Source: a virus. Taken from it: DNA of 64,000 nucleotides. The stretch lies in the IMG/VR virus record IMGVR_UViG_3300046747_000672, positions 1-64,000 of that record; one strand, 5' to 3'. Below the pieces are notes generated by a model that worked only from the letters and a program-made list of their open reading frames with translations, searched no databases and had not been told where the DNA came from. Each line of letters starts with the position of its first letter. Positions within the stretch are counted from its first letter, which is position 1. A program made the position numbers and the translations under genes. Shown one piece after another: positions 11,201 to 20,003 of this stretch.

Positions 11201-12261
11201 CGTCCACCATGTACTTGGACGCCGACCTCAACATTCGGTCGATCTCGTCCACGCAGCGCATGTCGGTCACGAGCGGCGGCGTGACGATGGACAGCCTGGC
11301 AGGCACGGGCTCGCGAATCGTCCTCGCCAGCGCTGCCGGGCTCTTGTCGGCGCTCACCGCTGGCTCGAACGGGCAAGTCTTCGCCATGGTGTCCGGGTCG
11401 CCGGCATGGTCGACCCCTGGCGGCGACGTGACGGGCGCGCCGAGTGCGAGCACGGTGGTGCAGCTCACGGGCGCGACGAACAGCGTCGCCATCCCTTCCG
11501 GGACGCATCTCGACTGGGCGAGCGGGCCGACAATCGCCAAGGGCGGCGCGAGCAGTTCGGGGCTTCAACTCAAGGTCAACGCGGCCAGCGAGGCTCTCAG
11601 CTTTTATGAGAGCTCCAATCGCGCGTGGAGTACCGCGTGGAACAGCGGCAACCCGTATATCCAGCTCGGCTCAACCGCGACGTCGCTGCAAATCACGGCG
11701 GACACAGGCACATCGCAGTCGATGCGGCTCCTCGTGGCCGGGACGACTCCGGTCGGGCTTCAGCTTGCCGCCGACACGATCGACTTCTTGCAGGGTAGCA
11801 CGACCGCGAAGGGCCGGTATACGAATACTGGTTTTCGCATCGGCGATGCGACGAATCCGACGCACACGCTCGAAGTTGCCGGTCAAATGGGCATCGATGG
11901 GCAGATCGTCTGGTCGAGCGCGTCTACTGCGGCGGTGCTGAACGCGAAGACGAACACCGCGATCGTGTTCATGATCGCCGGCACGAACATGGCGGAGATC
12001 GACCCGACCGGTGTCGTGGTGATCAGCGACGTCATATCGGGGCCGGCGTCGAATCCGTCGGTCGGCATCGACCTCTATTCAGAGGCAGGTCGCCCGACGT
12101 GGCGAGGCAGCGCATCGGGATCGAAGAAGGTCAGTTGGGAAAGCAACGTTGCGGCCACCGCTGGCATTGGCGGCGCGACGCTGCCGGCGGCGCCGGCTGA
12201 ATTCCTTACGCTATTCGTAGACGGCAACGCACGGAAAATCCCGCTGTACCCAGCATTCTGA
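8266..12261 (+). CDS. Large tail fibre/tailspike with pectate-lyase-like beta-helix (putative polysaccharide depolymerase)
   Basis: VRAATTANITLSG...DGV...RVLV..QT..SQNGIY fibre motif; SVKWFGAKGDGTTDDAPAIQ beta-helix start; FCCH-like insert; DATSSVKGIIKLA fibre repeat. Confidence 0.85.
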   Translation: MVSPLVEVNSASLGAWTSTENGVNVALGETISVRLADSAGVRFWVLSVIGTDEVVLAPTITQASVVSGVATFTAPATPTDGWAVIIRSQVGIRGLELDNNNAIQTGYTSSFGVYTPTAINGRVGATNETSEGSAAFGWVPKLNAVAKAPPGAGGPPTGAATGDWSGTFPSGTNKRVNNQYVPWKSTVRAATTANITLSGSQAVDGVTLTNGVDRVLVTAQTTASQNGIYLYNSGGAWTRASDMATSQDTLPGSRVHIYDGNTWANTEWTLTTQGSLSLGSTSLQFTPGRTPTVAALRLVAGKVTGETIEVPCFASHGDGGGGTFVWKVGTQPTDDKGVNIVPSVTTAGWWQRRYSGPVSVKWFGAKGDGTTDDAPAIQDALTYFSSNLLSGRIIFPSVGNLGQSLYYNLASKITVQGSLGHSIWLDGEYTSPNGVGGAKLSFSGASGTKGMIDLLGANDVRITNFDIIGNSLPKYVVWFHPDQAASPQPLGASKLLIDNVNIRYPQNVAGACALGFGPDAGEPVNQSDNITVSNSRIQGTGGAGYNPVGIKNLSGGNAKLAKFDNVNIGGFKYAYDFANTSGPITIIAGGVSDCVTAAIYASSVQLEILGWDCETNLGDCKIVTGSFGGGNGTIHFQGCELEYQDGPGTGHGTATNDIAIDWPGGMLSFEQCGIINSRSVAISGATAATPIVLTVPSGHAIVAGDRIQISGVVGMTGVNTADYSFSQVTSVTSTTLTVTGTGTGAYVSGGTIHLEPKILIETNTLGAGNPMSGVFSVGNTWLHCGSNLPIFDRSTGLRLLDSTNAQAKPWAIHSFNDVGFQEGRSTPHALPTTLGRSLRFASLAAGVLQVDSTGTVFSASAPIPDATSSVKGIIKLAQDIAGSAALPTVVGLTGTTGTVAMHGTKVLWDTNGPSVETSSGDLVLRVNTAGKNVSIFDTTNRIFDLNYNSGNAYFQLPSNISSLGVFANTAGGQYLRFQASTMYLDADLNIRSISSTQRMSVTSGGVTMDSLAGTGSRIVLASAAGLLSALTAGSNGQVFAMVSGSPAWSTPGGDVTGAPSASTVVQLTGATNSVAIPSGTHLDWASGPTIAKGGASSSGLQLKVNAASEALSFYESSNRAWSTAWNSGNPYIQLGSTATSLQITADTGTSQSMRLLVAGTTPVGLQLAADTIDFLQGSTTAKGRYTNTGFRIGDATNPTHTLEVAGQMGIDGQIVWSSASTAAVLNAKTNTAIVFMIAGTNMAEIDPTGVVVISDVISGPASNPSVGIDLYSEAGRPTWRGSASGSKKVSWESNVAATAGIGGATLPAAPAEFLTLFVDGNARKIPLYPAF

Positions 12262-12262
12262 A

Positions 12263-12601
12263 ATGAACGAACGAACCATTCCCAAGCCGATCGATTTCGA
12301 CGGGCTCGCCTGGACTTTCGAAAAGTGTGTTGCGCACGTCGTGGACACGCACCCGCTGTTCAACTCGACGCGCAGCGGGGCGCGCGCTGGCGATCGAATC
12401 GTGAACGCGCTCGCCGGCAAGTCGGCGGGCGACGTGTTCACCTGGATCGACGATGACGCGAAGCTCGCCGACCAGGCGTTCGCGGAACCCCCGCAAGGGT
12501 ACTGCCCGCCGCTCGTGCGCGTGGATGGCGACCAGCGAACTCCCGTGACGGTACCGGCGCGCGCATTCATCTCGTTCATCAACACCGTGTCTCCAGAATA
12601 A
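12263..12601 (+). CDS. Hypothetical protein, possible fibre chaperone
   Basis: Directly follows the fibre gene. Confidence 0.5.
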   Translation: MNERTIPKPIDFDGLAWTFEKCVAHVVDTHPLFNSTRSGARAGDRIVNALAGKSAGDVFTWIDDDAKLADQAFAEPPQGYCPPLVRVDGDQRTPVTVPARAFISFINTVSPE

Positions 12602-12664
12602 TTCTCACGTTGCCAGCGCCATGGGTGGGGCGGTGATGGCAACGGCAACCTGCGAAGGATTCCC

Positions 12665-13114
12665 ATGGACCCCATCGACGCTGCCAGAGCGGCGCGCGAA
12701 CGAGCGGAAGTAGAGGCAGTACGTCGTCACCCTGCGCGCGAGCCATCGGACCCGCCGCCATCGTCGTCACCCACCCGAGCGAGCTTCCGTGTTGGCGTCG
12801 CGCACTTCGCCGGCTGGGCGGAGCGCATGTCGAAGCGCGTCACCGTGCTTCTCGCGATCGCGTCGAGCGCGTCCGTCGTCGGGTCGTTCGGGTTCGCATT
12901 TTGGACGGCGCACCAAGACTTCGTGCACCAGAACCAGATCGCGGACATCAACGCGTCGGTGCGGCGGATCGAACTCGCCGTCGAGTCAATCTCGCTCGGC
13001 ACGAAGAACGATCGCGAACAGGTGCGACTCATCAACGAAACGTTGTTTGCTCATACTCAACAGATCGCAGCGATGTCGGGGCCGGGGAAGCGCGTGCGAC
13101 AAATAGGACCCTAA
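12665..13114 (+). CDS. Single-TM membrane protein with coiled coil, lysis-cluster candidate
   Basis: Hydrophobic segment VTVLLAIASSASVVGSFGFAFW followed by a heptad region. Confidence 0.55.
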   Translation: MDPIDAARAARERAEVEAVRRHPAREPSDPPPSSSPTRASFRVGVAHFAGWAERMSKRVTVLLAIASSASVVGSFGFAFWTAHQDFVHQNQIADINASVRRIELAVESISLGTKNDREQVRLINETLFAHTQQIAAMSGPGKRVRQIGP

Positions 13115-13121
13115 CGAAGCC

Positions 13122-13676
13122 ATGACCGACGACAAGAAGCCGGATGTCGCCACAGATAGGGACGCTCCGCTAACCCCGCGGAGCGCGTCCCTGGTACCGC
13201 CGAGAGACCGACCCACGCCGAGGCGGCCGAGCGAGCCGCCTCCGACCGCTGGGGAGGTCGTGGAGATTGTGCACAGGGTCATCGAGACCAACCTCGTAGA
13301 GGCGATCGTCGAGCGCGTCATCGACGAAAAGGTGGCGCCGCTACGAACGAAGATTGACGACCTCCACGCGCTTCTGATGGGCGCGCCCGCGACCGGCGTG
13401 CATCCACTCGTGAAACGCAAGGACGGACGGGAGGGGGGCATCGGCACGGCCTTCCACGACCTCAACGACCACCTGACCGGAATCAAGGGGACAGGCGACG
13501 CGGTGTACGAGCGACTCTCGAAGATCTACGAGCTGCTCACGGCGGACGTGCTCCAGGTCCATCAGGAACACACGGTGTTGCTCGGCAAGGTCGACAACCA
13601 CGACCACCGCATCGCCATTCTCGAAGAGAAGTCGCCGCCGAGCTCGAACGGCAAGCATCACGGAGAACAAACATGA
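13122..13676 (+). CDS. Hypothetical coiled-coil protein
   Basis: In operon; C-term VDNHDHRIAILE typical of phage lysis-region proteins. Confidence 0.55.
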   Translation: MTDDKKPDVATDRDAPLTPRSASLVPPRDRPTPRRPSEPPPTAGEVVEIVHRVIETNLVEAIVERVIDEKVAPLRTKIDDLHALLMGAPATGVHPLVKRKDGREGGIGTAFHDLNDHLTGIKGTGDAVYERLSKIYELLTADVLQVHQEHTVLLGKVDNHDHRIAILEEKSPPSSNGKHHGEQT

Positions 13677-13954
13677 CGCTATCGATTCAACACGCGTGGG
13701 TCCCGATCCTCATGCTCCTCCTATCGACCTTGAACCGAACGTTCAAGGAGGAGGTGACCGGTTTTCCGACCCTTGCGCCGACCTGGCGCGCGCTCATCGT
13801 CTCGGTCACCGGCATTCTCGCCGGCGCCCTAGAGCAGGTGACGACAGGCGGCAACTTCCTCAATGCGCCTGTCGTCGCGCTCATCACCGCCGGTCCGTCG
13901 CTCGCGACGCTCATATTCGACGTTGTGAAGGGACCGAAGGTCCCTGCTTCTTGA
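13673..13954 (+). CDS. Putative holin
   Basis: 93 aa, 2-3 hydrophobic helices, basic C-terminus, GGAG RBS. Confidence 0.55.
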   Translation: MTLSIQHAWVPILMLLLSTLNRTFKEEVTGFPTLAPTWRALIVSVTGILAGALEQVTTGGNFLNAPVVALITAGPSLATLIFDVVKGPKVPAS

Positions 13955-14049
13955 GCCCGCGTGATTGGGGTTCGCTTCTTCTTTGGTGGGGGCTCATTGG
14001 CGCGGTGGTAGCGGCTGTCGTCAGCTACCTCGCGCTCACGCATTCGTAG
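13951..14049 (+). CDS. 32-aa single-TM peptide
   Basis: TTG start overlaps the holin TGA; MSPRDWGSLLLWWGLIGAVVAAVVSYLALTHS fills the gap before the next RBS. Confidence 0.4.
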   Translation: MSPRDWGSLLLWWGLIGAVVAAVVSYLALTHS

Positions 14050-14061
14050 GAGAGATCACAC

Positions 14062-14487
14062 ATGAAGAAGGTGTTGTTGGTTGCGGCGCTTGCCGCGACG
14101 TTGCCGGGTTGCGCGGCGTGGCAGAAGGTGCAGCCGGTTCTGAGCGATGTGGAGGCGAAGATCACGGACGCCTCGGCGCTCATCGATGCGATTCAATCGG
14201 TCGTGACCGTGTTCTTCCTCGCGCGTCCGGCGCCGGAAGTTCAAGCCAAGGTCGAGAAGGCGATCGGCGACGTGTCGCTCGGTCTGTCGGCTGCCTCGCG
14301 CGCGCTCCGTGGCGTGGAGAATGCGTCCCAGGAGCAGCTCGACGCAGCATGGAAAGATTTCCGTGGCTCCTACGCTGAACTGCTCGTCATCCTCCGCGAC
14401 ATCGGCATCGTGTCGGCCGACGGCAAGATGGCGACGCGGCGTGGAACGGTCGCGCTACCTGATCCGCTCGCGATGGGGCATCAGTGA
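14062..14487 (+). CDS. Helical lipoprotein, spanin-like candidate
   Basis: MKKVLLVAALAATLPG-C lipobox; AGGAG RBS. Confidence 0.7.
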   Translation: MKKVLLVAALAATLPGCAAWQKVQPVLSDVEAKITDASALIDAIQSVVTVFFLARPAPEVQAKVEKAIGDVSLGLSAASRALRGVENASQEQLDAAWKDFRGSYAELLVILRDIGIVSADGKMATRRGTVALPDPLAMGHQ

Positions 14488-15263
14488 CGAGATTCGGGCT
14501 CGGCTGCCACCCATCGCCGCCCGATCGTCTCGGGCTCGGCTCGCCGATGCACCTTCGCGCGGTCTCGTCGGTGCCGTACGCCGCAGCCGTCGCGCTACCC
14601 CCGCCGGTCGACCAGGGCCAGACGAGTTCGTGCACGGGCAATGCGAGCGCGATGGCGTTCTGCGAAGCCATGACGAATGTGGCCAACCTGCCGGCCGGGC
14701 AGTGGGTCGAGCTCCCGTCGCGCCTGGCGCTCTACTATGCCGCGCGCGCGCTCCGCGGCTCGGCGGCGAACGACGACGGCGCCTACCTCTCCGACGTGTT
14801 CGAGGGGGCGCGCCTGATTGGCGTCGGCCCCGAGTCGGCGTGGTCGTTCTCCGATGACATCGCCAAGGTGACGAGTCAGCCCGACTGGGGCTACATGCGC
14901 CGCGCGGCCGACCAACGCGTCACCACGGGCGCATGGCGTATCACGTCGTCGGGGTCGCAACGTTTACAGGACGTGAAGGCTGCGATCGCGACAGGTAGCA
15001 CGGTCGTGTGGGGCTCGCGGCTCGACGAGGCGTTCCTCGACCTGCCGTCCGGCTCCGTGTGGCCAGGCGTTCGCGGATCGGTGATCGGCGGACATGCGAT
15101 GGTATTATTTAAATATGAGGGCGACGTGTTCTGGTCGCGCTCGAGTTGGGGCGACTGGTGCGAAGGCGGCTCGGCGCGCGTAGCTGCCGCTGCCGTCGCC
15201 TCGCCGGACGCGTCGGACTTCTGGGTGGTGGCGATGGCGAAAGACTACTCGAGGGCAGCGTGA
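14484..15263 (+). CDS. C1 (papain-like) cysteine peptidase
   Basis: DQGQTSSCTGNA (Gln/Cys), GGHAM (His), SSWG in place of NSWG. Confidence 0.85.
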   Translation: MTRFGLGCHPSPPDRLGLGSPMHLRAVSSVPYAAAVALPPPVDQGQTSSCTGNASAMAFCEAMTNVANLPAGQWVELPSRLALYYAARALRGSAANDDGAYLSDVFEGARLIGVGPESAWSFSDDIAKVTSQPDWGYMRRAADQRVTTGAWRITSSGSQRLQDVKAAIATGSTVVWGSRLDEAFLDLPSGSVWPGVRGSVIGGHAMVLFKYEGDVFWSRSSWGDWCEGGSARVAAAAVASPDASDFWVVAMAKDYSRAA

Positions 15264-15592
15264 GGCGGCTCATCGTCGCGCTTCTGCTCTGCGCGCCAGC
15301 GTGCGGCCCGAAGCCCACGCCGAATCCGCCCGTGCCAGCCGTTGACGCAGGCGCCGATACGAGGCCCGACGCCGCGCCTCCCGTCATCGTCGGCGCTGGA
15401 TGCGCGCCAGCGTGCGCTGTTCTCTCGTGGCTCGGTTGCGTCGAAGGCAGGCCAACGCCGAACGGCGACTCGTGCGACGCGGTGTGCGAGCGAGCTCGCG
15501 CGTTCCCGAACTTCTCGCTGCCGACCGCGTGCATCTCGACCGCGCGAACCGTCGGCGCCGTGCGCGCGTGCGGCGTGAAGTGCGCGCAGTAG
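15260..15592 (+). CDS. Cys-rich lipoprotein
   Basis: GTG overlaps the peptidase TGA; MRRLIVALLLCAPA-C signal; 8 further Cys. Confidence 0.7.
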   Translation: MRRLIVALLLCAPACGPKPTPNPPVPAVDAGADTRPDAAPPVIVGAGCAPACAVLSWLGCVEGRPTPNGDSCDAVCERARAFPNFSLPTACISTARTVGAVRACGVKCAQ

Positions 15593-15657
15593 TTCTGTAG
15601 CCAATCGAAACAAGCAGTCCTTTGAGCGCGCCTCGACGGCGCGATGGGGTGAAAAGC

Positions 15658-15864
15658 ATGTCTCAGATCAAGTGGGAATACATGAGCGAGGCGGGCGACG
15701 TCGCACGCATGGACGTGCTCGGGAAAGATGGCTGGGAAGCGTTCTCGGCCGTGCCCGTGTTCGGTCGCACCGACGATTCGATGCTTCGCATTCTCTACAA
15801 GCGACCGAAGGGCGACAACAAGTCGTGCCCGACGGTGAAGGTGGAGGTGACCTGTGGCTCGTGA
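15658..15864 (+). CDS. DUF4177-like small protein
   Basis: KWEY...LGKDGWEA...YKRPK signature. Confidence 0.7.
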   Translation: MSQIKWEYMSEAGDVARMDVLGKDGWEAFSAVPVFGRTDDSMLRILYKRPKGDNKSCPTVKVEVTCGS

Positions 15865-16234
15865 GGTCTTCGTCGTGGACGCCGTCGTCGAAGAGGGCGG
15901 CGGGAACCGTCATGTAGACGTTGTTCTGTGGCTTGCCGCACCGGCCAATCGCGTGCGGCCAAACCAAAATGCGACGCCCGGCATTCTGGCGGACACCGCG
16001 GTGGCGTGGGGCTACACGACTGCCGAACTCGCTGCCGTGCGTGCCGGGACGATTGTCGTTGAGTTGACGAGGATCAACGAGGGCGAGATCACGGGGCCGG
16101 TGACCATCGCTAATTTCCAGGCAGCGGCCGATGCCCTCTACACCAAGAGGCAAATTATACTTACGAATAGCGCCCTAGGCGCCAAGACGATCGGCATGGC
16201 GCGTTCGGGCGGGACCTGGGGTTCGGCTCCGTGA
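15854..16234 (+). CDS. Hypothetical protein
   Basis: GGAGG RBS, coupled ORF. Confidence 0.6.
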   Translation: MAREVFVVDAVVEEGGGNRHVDVVLWLAAPANRVRPNQNATPGILADTAVAWGYTTAELAAVRAGTIVVELTRINEGEITGPVTIANFQAAADALYTKRQIILTNSALGAKTIGMARSGGTWGSAP

Positions 16235-16650
16235 AGGCGCGCGTCGGCGGATTCATCGTCGACGTCGCCACTGGTCAATTCATCTCGCGCGACCTCACCG
16301 ATCGCACGGTCGAGCGCACGTGCCAGGAATGTCACCAGCGCCCAGGCAATCGCCGGTGCGACTTCCCCGTAAAGGAGCCGCACCGGTTTGCTTGCGAGAA
16401 GCGCCTTTGCGAGGCGTGCGCGGTCCACATCTTCACGCGCAACGATTGCGACTACTGCGCGGCGCACGCGAAGGAAGCCGGCATTCAGCTTCATCCGATC
16501 GTGCGCGACTACGCGCAGCGCGCGCGTCTCCCACGTGACCTCATCGAATGCCGCAACCTGTGCGGCGAAGAGCTCCGCGAGAAGACGCGCGAGATCCTCG
16601 CCGCCACCTACCGAACAGAGAAAGAACATGCCGCTCGCCTACGAGCTTGA
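16231..16650 (+). CDS. Zinc-finger protein
   Basis: CQEC, CD, C...LCEAC, CDYCAAH. Confidence 0.55.
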   Translation: MKARVGGFIVDVATGQFISRDLTDRTVERTCQECHQRPGNRRCDFPVKEPHRFACEKRLCEACAVHIFTRNDCDYCAAHAKEAGIQLHPIVRDYAQRARLPRDLIECRNLCGEELREKTREILAATYRTEKEHAARLRA

Positions 16651-17122
16651 GCCCGACGTCGTGATCGCCCAGGAGGCGTTCACGGCAGCGCAGCAAGAGC
16701 AAGATCTCGCGTCGGCGCTCGCCGTCGCTTGGATCGCCGAACGCGTGACGAGCATGTCCGCGTCCGCGGCGCGCGCGTTTCGCGAACGGGCGAGACTCGA
16801 CCCGCCGCCGGAACTCGCGACGCTGATCGCCGAATGCGACGCACTTGGAGCGGTCGCCGCCGCGAAGCAAGCGGAGTTCGAGGGTGCGACGCGCGCTGCG
16901 GTGAAGCGCCTTCATCCGGATCTCGTAGAGATGCAGGAGGCCCTTGCCGCGGCGGAAGCGACGCTCGTCAAGGCGCAGGACGCTCTGGCAGAGGCGATCT
17001 CGTGCGCCGATCCGGACGACGAGATCAAGCGCCTCAGCGATGAGGTGAACGCCAGGACGATCGCCGTCAACCGTGCGCGTCGCGACGTGCGGCGACAAGT
17101 CGAAAGGGACGGGCTCGGCTAA
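16628..17122 (+). CDS. Coiled-coil hypothetical protein
   Basis: Ala/Glu-rich helical ORF from ATG 16628; stop overlaps the next ATG. Confidence 0.55.
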   Translation: MPLAYELEPDVVIAQEAFTAAQQEQDLASALAVAWIAERVTSMSASAARAFRERARLDPPPELATLIAECDALGAVAAAKQAEFEGATRAAVKRLHPDLVEMQEALAAAEATLVKAQDALAEAISCADPDDEIKRLSDEVNARTIAVNRARRDVRRQVERDGLG

Positions 17123-17589
17123 TGTCGACGGTCAAAGTATCGTACGCCGCAGCGACGTCCATCACATGCTCGATGGCGAGCAAGACGAGCGGGCAGGGGC
17201 GGCGCTCCGCCGTCGTCGACAACAGCTCGACGCTCTACGTCGACGCGCTGATCCTCGGATCGCTCACGATCGGCACGTTCACCTCGCCGGCAAGCTGGTC
17301 GATGTACGGCTACGCGTCTGCCGACGATGGGACGACGTACGAGACCGGCGGATCGACGGACGCCGACTGGAACACGATTCGAGGTGACGAGAAGTCGCTT
17401 GGTCCATCGGTTGCGGCGTACACGAACACGACAGCGTTCGCTGGCGTCTTCACGCTCGCCGCTGCGTACCGAGGGGTAGCGCCGCGTAACTGGGGCATCA
17501 TCGAATCGCAGCTGAACTGCGGGACGCTGTCGGCGACAGAGGGAAATCATCTGAAGAAGTACACCGGCATTCTTCTGACAAGCACCTAA
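17122..17589 (+). CDS. Hypothetical virion structural protein
   Basis: Ser/Thr-rich beta protein in the late operon. Confidence 0.6.
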   Translation: MSTVKVSYAAATSITCSMASKTSGQGRRSAVVDNSSTLYVDALILGSLTIGTFTSPASWSMYGYASADDGTTYETGGSTDADWNTIRGDEKSLGPSVAAYTNTTAFAGVFTLAAAYRGVAPRNWGIIESQLNCGTLSATEGNHLKKYTGILLTST

Positions 17590-18185
17590 GCGGCGCGCAG
17601 TGCGCGCGCGGGGTCCCATCCGAAAAGCACGAGGCGTGAATACAAGGTGCCATATCCGATACCGGTCACTTCGCTCCATTCGGCGATGGTCATCGACCTG
17701 CCATCGTGTGTGATGACGCGCGAATTGCGTCGGTTCCTAGCCTGCTCTGTCATGGTCGCCCACTTGCAGTTGCCTGGCTCGTAGTTGCCGTCATTGTCAA
17801 TTCGCTCAATCGCATGCTTTCGCGAAGGCCGCAGGCCTATGTCAGCGATGAACGCTGGGAAGTCGTGCCATCGCTTGTCGAGCGAAATTCCTCTCGCGCC
17901 ATAGTGAATGTATTCTGCGCAGTTCTTGTTGTAGCAGCGAGTCTTGATGCCGGTCCAGATCCGATACTCGGACGTCTCCGTCATGCCATGCGTGCGACGG
18001 CAGCCGATGAAGTTTTCCTTGGACAGGCACCCGCAACTGCGCGTGGTTCCGTTGCGCAACGACTGGACGCGAACGCTTGTTTGGTTGCCGCAGCTGCACA
18101 TACACAACCATCGTCCGACCTCATTGCGGCGAACCGCGACAAGCCTGCCAAAACGTTGACCTCTCAAATCGAGAAAGTTTCCCAT
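17586..18185 (-). CDS. Free-standing HNH-type homing endonuclease
   Basis: DLRGQRFGRL, WLCMCSCG, TRSCGC, THG, YGARGI, IERIDNDGNYEPGNCKWAT..EQARN; lower GC; antisense to the operon. Confidence 0.85.
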   Translation of the reverse strand: MGNFLDLRGQRFGRLVAVRRNEVGRWLCMCSCGNQTSVRVQSLRNGTTRSCGCLSKENFIGCRRTHGMTETSEYRIWTGIKTRCYNKNCAEYIHYGARGISLDKRWHDFPAFIADIGLRPSRKHAIERIDNDGNYEPGNCKWATMTEQARNRRNSRVITHDGRSMTIAEWSEVTGIGYGTLYSRLVLFGWDPARALRAA

Positions 18186-18245
18186 CCTTGCGCGCTACCA
18201 CATGCAGTCCGTGTGTGCGAGCCGCATAGAAGCGATTCCTGATCC

Positions 18246-18998
18246 ATGGGCGGAAGCTTCGGCAGCGGTCAAGACGTTCGGCGCGGCACGAACATCCCGA
18301 GCATCACGTCGTTCTCGATTGCGTGGTGGTACAAGTACACGAACGCGTCGAGCTACGAGGTTTGCTTCAGCTACGACAACGCTCAAGCATCCATGGGCGA
18401 CTGGATGCAGTTCGGACAGGACTCGGGCGGCATCTACTACAGTTCGGACAGCGTCGGCGGACTCGCCCTGACGGGTGGCGCCAGCACGAACTGGCGGTTC
18501 TTCTGCTTCGTCCGCAACGGGTCCACGACCAACGCGACGACGATTTACAATGCCATCCAGGGCAACGTTCTCAACGTACAGACGCAGAGCAACGACGTTG
18601 CCGCGATGACATCGCCATCGGTCTACATCTCGACGTCAGGCTTCGGTGAGCAGGCAGTCGGGCTCGCGGCGGAGGTGTGGCTATTCGACCGCCCACTCAC
18701 TGCCCAAGAGGCAACACACCTCTACCAGTACGGAGTCCCGGCGAACTACGCTGGCGTCAATTCGTACCTGCCGATGTCCGGCATCCCGCTCGGCCGGAGC
18801 GTCTACGGCCTCGGTGGAAACTGGACCGTGACCGGCTCGCCGACGGTGATCGCGTCGGCGCCGCAGCGTGCGCCCGCTGGCTACGGACTCGGGCTCAACA
18901 ACATCGCCGCAGCTGCGGCGTCGCAGGCGGCAGCGGCCAGTGATGGTGGCATGTCGACCTCCGATCGACTTCGACGAAACGCGCTCCTCCGCATGTGA
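18246..18998 (+). CDS. LamG/concanavalin-A-like domain protein
   Basis: FSIAWW, WRFFCFVRNG, G..AEVWLFDRPLTAQE..LY. Confidence 0.8.
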   Translation: MGGSFGSGQDVRRGTNIPSITSFSIAWWYKYTNASSYEVCFSYDNAQASMGDWMQFGQDSGGIYYSSDSVGGLALTGGASTNWRFFCFVRNGSTTNATTIYNAIQGNVLNVQTQSNDVAAMTSPSVYISTSGFGEQAVGLAAEVWLFDRPLTAQEATHLYQYGVPANYAGVNSYLPMSGIPLGRSVYGLGGNWTVTGSPTVIASAPQRAPAGYGLGLNNIAAAAASQAAAASDGGMSTSDRLRRNALLRM

Positions 18999-19495
18999 GC
19001 GTCGCCAGGAGACACTCCAAAATGGGACGAATGTATACGGCGGTCTTCCAGGCCGTCGCGGTCACTGCTGCGCAGGACCTGTTCACCATCATCACGAGCT
19101 CTACGGCTGCCGTGGTCGTGCACGCGATCTACATCGGGCAATCGTCCGACTTCGGCGACGCGCAGGACGAGCTTCTTCGAATTGCGTTGAAGCGCGGCAT
19201 GACGTCGAACGGTTCAGGCGGCGGAACGTACACCCCAGTGCCGCTTGTGCCGACGGACGCAGCCTTCGGCGGAACGTGCCGGATCAACGACACCACGGCG
19301 TCGAGCGGCGGGACCATCGTCGTGCTCGACGAGCAGTGCTTCAACGTGCGTTCCGGGTACGTGTTCGTTCCAACGCCGGAGATGCGCTCAGTCGTTCAAG
19401 CGAGCACAGGCGGGCGATTCGCCGTGAACCTCGTCGCGGCTCCAGCGGACTCGCTGACGGTGAGCGGGACCATCTACTTCGAAGAGCTCTCGTAA
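18995..19495 (+). CDS. Hypothetical structural protein (alternative start 19022)
   Basis: Coupled ORF, beta-sandwich-like composition. Confidence 0.6.
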   Translation: MSVARRHSKMGRMYTAVFQAVAVTAAQDLFTIITSSTAAVVVHAIYIGQSSDFGDAQDELLRIALKRGMTSNGSGGGTYTPVPLVPTDAAFGGTCRINDTTASSGGTIVVLDEQCFNVRSGYVFVPTPEMRSVVQASTGGRFAVNLVAAPADSLTVSGTIYFEELS

Positions 19496-19546
19496 CTCAT
19501 TTGGTTTTCATCCCGCTGGCGTAGCCGGCGTTAGGAGACATCTCAT

Positions 19547-19993
19547 ATGTCGCTCTCAAATTCTGCGGAGACAGCCGCTCTCCGCCTGTTTTTCACGAAC
19601 ACTACGTGGGCGAACGTTGGCGACGCGACAGGTCTCGTTGGATCTGGCACCGCTGGCAGCTTCTACATTTCGCTCCACACGGCGGACCCTGGCGAAGCCG
19701 GCGATCAGACGACCAGCGAGATCGCATACACCGGCTATGCGCGCGTGGCCGTCGCGCGAACGACGGGCGGTTGGACCGTAGCCGGCAACAGCGTATCCAA
19801 TGCTGGCACGATCACATTCGGCACGATGACGGCCGGCGCTGGCGGGACGGCGACATACTTCGTGATCGGTCGAGCGTCGACAAGCACGGGAGAGATCATC
19901 CTCTCCGGCGCGCTCACGAATAGCGTGGTCGTGTCGCTCGGCAACCCCGTGGCGTCGTTCGCCATCGGAGCTCTCACGGCGACGGCGGACTAA
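19547..19993 (+). CDS. Conserved phage structural/fibre protein
   Basis: YISLHTADPGEAG...EIAYTGYARVAV motif; AGGAG RBS. Confidence 0.75.
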   Translation: MSLSNSAETAALRLFFTNTTWANVGDATGLVGSGTAGSFYISLHTADPGEAGDQTTSEIAYTGYARVAVARTTGGWTVAGNSVSNAGTITFGTMTAGAGGTATYFVIGRASTSTGEIILSGALTNSVVVSLGNPVASFAIGALTATAD

Positions 19994-20003
19994 GTAGCCC
20001 GCG

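Noticed and set aside
15085-15116. dif-like XerCD site
   Set aside because: Only a partial match to the XerD arm (TTATTTAAATA) and no credible XerC arm.
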